The position numbers were made by a program, and so were the translations under genes. Below the pieces are notes generated by a model. That model was not told where the DNA came from, searched no databases, and saw nothing but the letters and a program-made list of their open reading frames with translations. Below are positions 8,909 to 16,059 of a DNA stretch of 19,507 nt, piece after piece. Every line of letters begins with the position of its first letter. The stretch's first letter is position 1. Source of the DNA: an uncultured Nitrospiraceae bacterium (GTDB taxonomy: Bacteria; Nitrospirota; Thermodesulfovibrionia; Thermodesulfovibrionales; Dissulfurispiraceae); the NCBI GenBank assembly GCA_947085205.1, contig CAMTVO010000003.1:1-19507 (forward strand). The letters run 5' to 3'.

Positions 8909-9913
8909 ATGGCAAAGCAAAAAACAAACAAACATAAAACAGGCACGACTGGATGGCTCCTGTTCTTTTACAGCGTCCCTTCAAGGCCTGTAAACAACAG
9001 GATGCGGATATGGAGAAAGCTGATAAAGTCAGGAGCAGTCCAGTTCAAAGGCGCTGTGTATATTCTCCCTTACTGCGAAGAAAACCACGAGTTTTTCATG
9101 TGGCTTGCATCAGAGGTCGCATTCATGAAAGGAGAAAGTGCATTTATCAGGACAGATGCTATTGAGACTATGGATGATAATGAAATTATTGCAGTCTTTA
9201 ACCGTCAGAGGGAAAGGGACTACGGCAATGTGCAAAAACATATCGATGAACTCGAAATAAAAACAAACAGTATACAAAAAGGTGCGGGCATACAGAACAT
9301 AAAAAAACTCTTAGAGCATCTCGCCAAATATTCAAAAGAATTCGAGGAGGTAAAAAAAATCGATTTCTTTTCATCAAAGGCAGGCGTAATCTTGCATAAA
9401 AAGATAGAATCCCTGAAGGCTGCTTTAAAAAACATATCCGGAGCCAAGACAGACAAACAGCCTCCCTCAATAATCCCCAGACGCATTGAAGACTATCATA
9501 GCCGGATGTGGGCCACAAGAAAAAATCCATTTGTTGACAGGATGGCCTCTGCATGGCTCATAAAAAAGCTTATCGACAGCAAGGCATCATTCAAGTTTAT
9601 TGATGAGCGAGACTTAAATGACCTCGGCAAAGAAATCGTCACCTTTGATATAAGAAGCGGAGAGTTCACGCATATCGGCGATATGTGCACATTCGAGGTC
9701 TTGGTTAAGTCATTCGGCATTAAAGACAGGGCGGTTAAAAAGATCGCATGGATTGTCCACGATATCGATATAAAAGACGACAAATACACAGCCCCTGAAG
9801 CAAAAGGCATCGAGGAAATTTTGACAGGTATAAGAAAAGCAGCAAAAGGAGACGCAGACGCTCTCGAAAGAGGGATGGCTGTATTTGAGATGCTTTATGC
9901 ATCTAAAACTTAA
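8909..9913 (+). CDS. chrB: Chromate resistance protein / regulator ChrB (N- and C-terminal domains)
   Basis: WLLFFYSVP...RMRIWRKL...GAVYILP (ChrB_N) and WATRKNPFVDRMASAWLI, FTHIGDMCTFEVL, IVHDID (ChrB_C). Start 8909 has a GAGG SD and lies just downstream of the promoter. Confidence 0.9.
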   Translation: MAKQKTNKHKTGTTGWLLFFYSVPSRPVNNRMRIWRKLIKSGAVQFKGAVYILPYCEENHEFFMWLASEVAFMKGESAFIRTDAIETMDDNEIIAVFNRQRERDYGNVQKHIDELEIKTNSIQKGAGIQNIKKLLEHLAKYSKEFEEVKKIDFFSSKAGVILHKKIESLKAALKNISGAKTDKQPPSIIPRRIEDYHSRMWATRKNPFVDRMASAWLIKKLIDSKASFKFIDERDLNDLGKEIVTFDIRSGEFTHIGDMCTFEVLVKSFGIKDRAVKKIAWIVHDIDIKDDKYTAPEAKGIEEILTGIRKAAKGDADALERGMAVFEMLYASKT

Positions 9914-9933
9914 AAAATAAGGAGGACAAAATT

Positions 9934-10218
9934 ATGCCGCCGGTAGAAAAACATTTAAAGACAAGTCTTGAGAAGACAGGAAAGGAGTACAGGGAGGTTC
10001 ACGAATGGATTGACGGCGACCCTGCCAAAAAAGCCGAAAGGCATGATATCACAAAAATCCATGAATATGGTCAGATGTTTAAGGAGAAATACGGAGACGA
10101 AGCTCTTCAGGAATATTTGCAGCATATTCATGATGATGTTAAGTCAAAATTCAGTCATGTTCAGGAGGATCTGGAAAAAGCCGTTGCAGAAACTCTTACA
10201 TATTTTGGGGTGAAGTAA
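9934..10218 (+). CDS. Hypothetical His/Asp-rich protein, possibly metal-binding
   Basis: Strong SD AAGGAGG; 94 aa with H, HEWID, RH and QHIHDD motifs; lies inside the operon. Confidence 0.8.
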   Translation: MPPVEKHLKTSLEKTGKEYREVHEWIDGDPAKKAERHDITKIHEYGQMFKEKYGDEALQEYLQHIHDDVKSKFSHVQEDLEKAVAETLTYFGVK

Positions 10219-10236
10219 TATAATGGTTATTCGGAA

Positions 10237-10944
10237 ATGGAAATAGAGCTTTTATACACAGGGGATTGTGCCCATTATAAGCTCGCTCGACGGCTCATTC
10301 ACGACACTCTCAAATCGCTCAAGCTCAATTGTCCATTGAAAAAGGTGGAGATCAAGACAGTAGAAGATGCTAAAACCCATTTGTTCGGCGGCTCTCCGAC
10401 GGTACGAATTGACGGCGAAGATGTTGAGCCAGAAACCGTAAGAGCTGCCGGACTGACCTGAAGGATATATGCGAATGGCACAGGGATGCCTGATTCAGAT
10501 GTATTGCGATGCAAGATTGCACAGGCATCTGGGCTGAGAACCATACTGTTTGTCTGCACAGGGAATTCCATTCGTTCACAGATGGCGGAGGCGCTGGTGA
10601 ATAATTTTTTGGGTCAAAGGTGGATTGCCTTTTCCGCAGGGATTATACCCACCGAACTTAACCCAAATGTCCTAAAAGTTATGAAAGAGATAGGCATTGA
10701 CATGAAAGGTCAAAGGGCAAAACATATCAATATATTTCATAACTGTTCTTTTACTAAGGTGATAACCTTGTGCTCTGATGCCGACCGGATGTGTCTTACC
10801 TATCCTGTCACCGATGAACAAGACCGCATAATATTTCATGATCCAATATCGTCTTATGGTCTTGGCTTTGGATCAATTACCTTATTCCGAACATTGCGAG
10901 ATGAAATTAAGCAAAAACTGTTGAAATATTTCAAAGGGGAATAG
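10237..10944 (+). CDS. arsC: Probable selenoprotein: DUF2703-like thioredoxin-fold domain (Cys11, Sec75 in U-R-I-Y) fused to an ArsC/LMW-PTP arsenate reductase-like domain; 235 aa
   Basis: ORFs 10237-10461 and 10486-10944 are in the same frame, separated only by TGA 10459-10461 and 8 sense codons (GLT-U-RIYANGTG-MPD). The upstream domain has GSPTVRIDGEDV, and this family normally continues CRxY. The downstream domain has ILFVCTGNSIRSQMAEA, VITLCSDADRMC, DP and FRTLRDEI. Confidence 0.8.
10462..10505 (+). promoter_or_regulatory. Putative bacterial SECIS hairpin
   Basis: Immediately 3' of the TGA, GATATAT pairs with ATGTATT (two G-U pairs) and GAAT pairs with ATTC. The top is either GGCA-CAGGGA-TGCC or CAGG-GATG-CCTG, giving a G-containing apical loop about 19-23 nt from the UGA. 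Confidence 0.6.
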
Positions 10945-10945
10945 T

Positions 10946-13900
10946 ATGGCAGCATTGTTTAAAAAATTATCAAAAAAAGACAGGTGCGTCCCTCTCATGC
11001 ACATTCAAGGTGGGGCTTCAAAAAAGTATAAAAACTTTAAACACTTCCTGAATCATAATTACACAGCGCTCAACCGCATGGCAGAAATGGAACAGATGTA
11101 TTATAGTGGCAAGCCATTTAGCCTTATCACTGCACAAATAAAATATCAGGAACTTTCAGAGGCTGTGATGGGGCTTGTTTATGCCCTTGAGAGTATGTCA
11201 CATGGCAAGTTTTCCAAGCTCATCAATATAATCAATGATATAGAGTCTGATATATTTGACTACTTTAGCCCGAAATTCTCTTTTCTCACAACAGACATTG
11301 TGGTTCCCCTCGAAAATATCATGCCTGAAATGAGGAGCATTGCCGGAGCAAAAGCTGCAAACCTCGCTGCCATAAAGAATGTTCTTGGTCTTCCCGTCCC
11401 GCATGGTTTTGTTGTTACCGCATATGCCTTCGATAGGTTCATCAAAGAGACAGGTCTTTCTAAACCGATAAAGAAGGAATTGGCAAGGATACCCTATCTT
11501 GATTCAGTCCATACAATGAGGAGGATGAGCGAAAAACTGAGAGGGATGGTCTTACAGGCAACCGTGCCTCCTTCTATCGCCGATGAAATAATAGGGGCAT
11601 ATGAATCCCTCGAAGAGAAGACTCAGAAGAACGTAAGAATCTCCATACGGAGCAGCGCCATCGGAGAGGATACAGAAGCGAGCTTTGCAGGTCAGTACGT
11701 TTCGGTCCTGAATGTCACGAAAGAGAACATACTCGAGGCTTACAAGACTGTGCTTGCGAGCAAATACTCCACTCGGGCGTTAACCTATATGTTCCAATAC
11801 GGACTCCATGACAGGGAGACGCCGATGGCCGCGATAGGACTCGCCATGGTTGACGCCGTATCAAGCGGGGTTGTCTATACATTAAACCCTTCGCAGGACA
11901 ACAGCCAGGCTGTAAAGATCAGCTCTGTATGGGGGCTTGGGGAGTATCTTGTCAGCGGGAATATATCTCCAGATGCATTTCTCGTTGACAGAGATGAAGA
12001 CCGTATAATAGAGCAGGATATAAGGAGAAAGGAACATAAGATAATCCGCCTCGAACAGGGCGGCACCAAGGTCGTTGAGGTTCCTGAGGGTGAAAAAGAC
12101 CTGCCCTCCATTGATAATGACGCCATTTTTATGATCAGGAACTATGCGCTTATGCTTGAGGATTTATTCAAAGGTCCCCAGGATGTGGAATGGGCCATCG
12201 GCAGTGACCGGAACCTCTATGTCCTCCAGTCCAGACCACTCAATATCCCTAAAATGCCCGATGTTCCTGATGTTGTTCAGAAGGAATACCCCGGCAACCC
12301 TGTGCTTTTTACCGGAGGCAAGACCGCCTCCTTTGGAATTGCCACGGGCAGGACATTTATTGCAGCAGAGGGAACTGACCTTTACGGGATTCCTGAAGAT
12401 TCGATCCTCGTGACAAAAACAGCCTCACCTGATTATGTGGCCGTGATTGATAAAATCAGAGGTATTATCACAGATACCGGAAGTGTCACTAGCCACATAT
12501 CTTCAGTGGCACGTGAATTTGGGGTCCCTGCCATAGTGGGAGCAAAGAATGTCACATCCATTTTAAAGGATGGCGACACAATCACCATGTCGGCTGATAC
12601 GGCTACTGTTTATGAAGGCATTGTTGATGAACTGCTTAAAAGCAGAATGCCATTTAAAAGATTGATTTTTGAAAGCCCTGTTCATCAAAGCATGAGGAAT
12701 ATACTTGATAAAATTTCTCCTTTAAACCTTATTGACCCAAATGACCCATTGTTTTGCCCTGAAGGATGCAAAACCATCCATGATATTATCAGATTTGCGC
12801 ACGAACATGCGATTAATCAGATGTTCGGCATCGCTGAAACACTGGAAAACAAGGATATATCTGTAAAGCTCACCTCGAATATTCCTTTGTACCTTTATCT
12901 CGTTGACCTTGGCAGAGGGCTTAAGGAAAATTTGACCACATGCAATGCGGTAACCCCTGACAAAATCGAATCCATACCCATGAAGGCAATCTGGAAGGGT
13001 TTTTCACATCCCGGGATCACATGGGCTGGAGCGATAAGCTTCGATACAAAGAAACTCATGACCCTTTTCGCCTCTGCTGCAACTTCAGAGTTCGGTGAAT
13101 CTCCAGGAGGCGCAAGTTATGGGATACTTTCAGGGGACTACATGAACCTTAGTGCACGTTTTGGCTATCATTTCGCAACGGTTGATGCGCTCTGTGGAGA
13201 AAACAGCGACCAAAACTATATCTCAATGCAGTTCTCAGGAGGGGTTGGTAGTTACTACGGGCGGTCTCTCAGGATTCAATTTCTGGGCAATGTTCTCGAA
13301 AAATTAGGATTTCAGGTATCCATAAAAGGCGACCTTATAGATGCCTTTATTTCCCGCTACGACAGACAATCTTTGGAGGAGAGGCTTGACCAGATGGGAA
13401 GATTGCTGGCATCCAGCCGTTTATTGGATATGGCCATTTCTAATCAGGAAGATGTGAAACTGCTTACAGATAGGTTTTTCAGCGGTGACTATAATTTCCT
13501 TTCCAGAAAGCGGGAGGATGAACCGGAGAATTTCTATATCCATGGCGGCTACTGGAAAAAAGTTGTCGAAAATAACCTCGCTTATTGCATGCAGGACGGC
13601 TCAAAATCAGGATACAGCATCTCCTCCGGAGTTGCTGGAATAATGGGAAAGCTCGTGGGGCAATCCCTTCAGGACTTCCTTGATACAGTGGAGGCCTACT
13701 ACTATTTTCCCATGGCTATCGCAAAGGGCAGCGAGATGTCTGACGGAAAAATAAGTGTCAGTGTCAAACCAGTTAAAGGAAATATCGACAGGGCAGGAGG
13801 AATCGCATTCGGCATACGGAACATTGCCAATTACTTCGTTTTCAGGATTAACGCTCTGGAAGACAATGTGATACTCTTTGAATACATCAATAACAAACGT

Positions 13901-14137
13901 ATGCCGAGGGCTGTGGCAAAGGAATCCATAGAGTCCGGCAGATGGTATAATCTCTGCGTGGAGATCAGGGGAAATATTATTAGCGGATATATAGACGACA
14001 GACAGGTTTTAGAGTATGCATCTGAGAGCCCCCTGCAGGGATTAGCAGGGCTATGGACAAAGGCGGATTCGGTAACATATTTTGAAGGGTTGACAATCCA
14101 GACAGACAGCCAAAAAACAAAAATATCATGCACCTAA
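10946..14137 (+). CDS. PEP-synthase/pyruvate,water dikinase-like enzyme: ATP-grasp, phospho-His swivel, non-canonical domain and C-terminal beta-sandwich (DUF1080/concanavalin-like)
   Basis: GAKAANL, LPVPHGFVVT, IRSSAIGED...SFAGQY, QDVEWA and LQSRP (PPDK_N), then GSVTSHISSVAREFGVPAIVG (His domain). No PEP-binding TIM barrel is evident. The tail GNIDRAGGIAF...NALEDNV...GLWTKADSVTYF is beta-rich. Confidence 0.85.
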   Translation: MAALFKKLSKKDRCVPLMHIQGGASKKYKNFKHFLNHNYTALNRMAEMEQMYYSGKPFSLITAQIKYQELSEAVMGLVYALESMSHGKFSKLINIINDIESDIFDYFSPKFSFLTTDIVVPLENIMPEMRSIAGAKAANLAAIKNVLGLPVPHGFVVTAYAFDRFIKETGLSKPIKKELARIPYLDSVHTMRRMSEKLRGMVLQATVPPSIADEIIGAYESLEEKTQKNVRISIRSSAIGEDTEASFAGQYVSVLNVTKENILEAYKTVLASKYSTRALTYMFQYGLHDRETPMAAIGLAMVDAVSSGVVYTLNPSQDNSQAVKISSVWGLGEYLVSGNISPDAFLVDRDEDRIIEQDIRRKEHKIIRLEQGGTKVVEVPEGEKDLPSIDNDAIFMIRNYALMLEDLFKGPQDVEWAIGSDRNLYVLQSRPLNIPKMPDVPDVVQKEYPGNPVLFTGGKTASFGIATGRTFIAAEGTDLYGIPEDSILVTKTASPDYVAVIDKIRGIITDTGSVTSHISSVAREFGVPAIVGAKNVTSILKDGDTITMSADTATVYEGIVDELLKSRMPFKRLIFESPVHQSMRNILDKISPLNLIDPNDPLFCPEGCKTIHDIIRFAHEHAINQMFGIAETLENKDISVKLTSNIPLYLYLVDLGRGLKENLTTCNAVTPDKIESIPMKAIWKGFSHPGITWAGAISFDTKKLMTLFASAATSEFGESPGGASYGILSGDYMNLSARFGYHFATVDALCGENSDQNYISMQFSGGVGSYYGRSLRIQFLGNVLEKLGFQVSIKGDLIDAFISRYDRQSLEERLDQMGRLLASSRLLDMAISNQEDVKLLTDRFFSGDYNFLSRKREDEPENFYIHGGYWKKVVENNLAYCMQDGSKSGYSISSGVAGIMGKLVGQSLQDFLDTVEAYYYFPMAIAKGSEMSDGKISVSVKPVKGNIDRAGGIAFGIRNIANYFVFRINALEDNVILFEYINNKRMPRAVAKESIESGRWYNLCVEIRGNIISGYIDDRQVLEYASESPLQGLAGLWTKADSVTYFEGLTIQTDSQKTKISCT

Positions 14138-14149
14138 GAAGGAGGTTTT

Positions 14150-14701
14150 ATGAGTTACAACATTAAGAATACGGATATTGAAATTCTCAGAAAGGCAGGG
14201 GTGTCGGAAGACGATATCAAACATTGCGTTAAAGTAGCTGAAAAGGCTCTTGAGATTGCAGAGCGCACAAAGTCAAATGTAGATATGGAGCTTGTCGGAA
14301 GAGGCGCATTGTTTCATGACCTCGGCAAAGCAAAGACCCATGCAATGGAACATGGCAAGATCGGCGCAGAAATGGGAAAAGAGTTGGGCTTGCCTGAAGC
14401 CATAACAGATTTAATGGAAAAACATATCAGGGGCGGACTTACCGAAGATGAGGCAAAAGAACTCGGCCTGCCTGTAAAGGACTATACTCTGAAGAGGCTT
14501 GAGGAGAGAATTGTCATATATGCCGACAGGCTTGTGGATATAATCACAGAAGGCATTGTGGATATTAAAGGTGATGAATTGGAGGCTGAAAGGAGATTTG
14601 AAGAGATATTAAGGGAATACCCAAAATACGGAAAGAACGAAATAACCCTTGACCGTTATCTCGGCTATCACAGGGAGATTCAGGGATTGATGGGAAAATG
14701 A
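14150..14701 (+). CDS. HD-domain metal-dependent phosphohydrolase (HDIG/TIGR00295-like)
   Basis: KHCVKV, GALFHDLGK, EHGKIG, EKHIRGG and IVIYADRL motifs; SD AAGGAGG. Confidence 0.9.
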   Translation: MSYNIKNTDIEILRKAGVSEDDIKHCVKVAEKALEIAERTKSNVDMELVGRGALFHDLGKAKTHAMEHGKIGAEMGKELGLPEAITDLMEKHIRGGLTEDEAKELGLPVKDYTLKRLEERIVIYADRLVDIITEGIVDIKGDELEAERRFEEILREYPKYGKNEITLDRYLGYHREIQGLMGK

Positions 14702-15885
14702 CCTTCAGTCCGTTCCTGCTGCTATGCACCACAGGGCTTTTCGCCATTTTCAGTTCAACAATAGCAAAAAGCCCTGTGCTGCCCCTTTTTGCGACCCACT
14801 TAGGCGCTGATCCCTCCGGTGTCGGCATAGTTGCAGCATTGTCAGCATTTACAGGCATAATTGCGAGCATACCAGCGGGAATGCTTTCAGACAGATTCGG
14901 CAGGCAAAAGATGCTCATCTTTTCGCTGCTCATATTTGCAACAGCGCCTTTTCTGTATTTGCCGGTAACCCAAATCTGGCAGCTTGCTATAGTGAGATTC
15001 TATCACGGCTTTGCCACGGCCATATTCATCCCTGTTGCAATGGCGCTTGTCGCAGACCTTTTTCATACAGAGAGGGGAGAAAAGATGGGGTGGTTTTCCA
15101 CATCAACCCTTATTGGCAGATTTATGGCTCCGATAGTCGGAGGCAGCATCATAGGCGCAATGGTCTTTAATCCCGGCCTTAGTTATAAGATTGTGTATCT
15201 TGTATGCGGCGTGGCAGGCGTAATTGCCCTTATACTTACATTTAAATTGCCATCCGCCCATGATAAGAAAATCGAAAAACGAGACTGGGAAGAGACATTC
15301 GCATCTTTTAAATCGGTGCTATCAAACAGGCTTATCCTCATCACTGCAGGAGTCGAGGCTGCAATACTCTTTGCATACGGGACATTCGAGACATTTCTGC
15401 CGCTCTACGCGATAAAATCAGGCATCAGCGCCTATGAGGTCGGCGTATTCCTTTCTGCGCAGGTAATCACACTGGCGCTTACAAAGCCGATAATGGGAAG
15501 GTTTTCCGACAAACACGGAAGACAGCAGCAGATATTCGGCGGCGCATTAATCGGCGCTGTATGTATTGGAAGCTTTTCTTTATTTCAGTCATTCGTCCCT
15601 CTTCTTGTATTGAGCATATTATTCGGGCTGAGCTTATCGGTTGTCACTTCCGCCACATCCGCATTCATAGCCGATTTGAGCAAAAAGGAGACTCACGGTT
15701 CTGCGATGGGGATTTTAGGCTCGATAATGGACATGGGGCATACGGCAGGCCCGCTGATTTCGGGATTTGTGGCTGCATATTTAGGCTTCGGAAAGGCATT
15801 TATAGGAGCAGGGGTAGTCCTTGCAGCAGCCGGCATTGTATTTTTAGCGGGAGTAAGGCTTCGGCAAGTCCCAAGCAATAGTTGA
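14698..15885 (+). CDS. MFS transporter (DHA1-like, about 12 TM helices)
   Basis: Motif A occurs twice (GMLSDRFGRQ and GRFSDKHGRQ); ATGA overlap with the HD gene. Confidence 0.93.
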   Translation: MTFSPFLLLCTTGLFAIFSSTIAKSPVLPLFATHLGADPSGVGIVAALSAFTGIIASIPAGMLSDRFGRQKMLIFSLLIFATAPFLYLPVTQIWQLAIVRFYHGFATAIFIPVAMALVADLFHTERGEKMGWFSTSTLIGRFMAPIVGGSIIGAMVFNPGLSYKIVYLVCGVAGVIALILTFKLPSAHDKKIEKRDWEETFASFKSVLSNRLILITAGVEAAILFAYGTFETFLPLYAIKSGISAYEVGVFLSAQVITLALTKPIMGRFSDKHGRQQQIFGGALIGAVCIGSFSLFQSFVPLLVLSILFGLSLSVVTSATSAFIADLSKKETHGSAMGILGSIMDMGHTAGPLISGFVAAYLGFGKAFIGAGVVLAAAGIVFLAGVRLRQVPSNS

Positions 15886-15909
15886 TTAGTGCGACAGAGC
15901 GGCAACTTT

Positions 15910-15957
15910 CTGGATTGTCCGGTCAATCCCCCGGTCAAGCCGGAGGAGGACAATGAC
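15910..15957. repeat. REP-like palindrome with nested related hairpin
   Basis: Outer ATTGTCC (15914-15920) / GGACAAT (15948-15954); inner TCCCCCGG-TCAAG-CCGGAGGA (15927-15947); CCGGTCAA occurs twice. Confidence 0.7.
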
Positions 15958-15974
15958 AGACTTACTTTGAAACT

Positions 15975-16016
15975 TGCCCTCTGACCCCCGATCGCAGTCG
16001 AGGGCATGCGAGGCAA
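15975..16016. terminator. Terminator-like hairpin between the convergent MFS and antiporter genes, with inserted mini-hairpin
   Basis: TTGCCCTC...GAGGCAA outer stem with A/T-rich flanks; insert CCCCCGATCGCAGTCGAGGGCATGC at 15985-16009. Confidence 0.45.
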
Positions 16017-16059
16017 TAAATAACTCAATCCTGCACATATATTAGGCATATAAACCTCT

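Noticed and set aside
10237..10461. Treating the 74-aa ORF as a complete gene or a nonsense pseudogene
   Set aside because: The TGA falls at the expected Cys of the CRxY motif, the frame continues without a shift, and a hairpin follows. Sec readthrough explains this better, although it is unproven.
10946..14137. Calling the gene ppsA or ppdK
   Set aside because: No PEP/pyruvate-binding barrel is recognisable.
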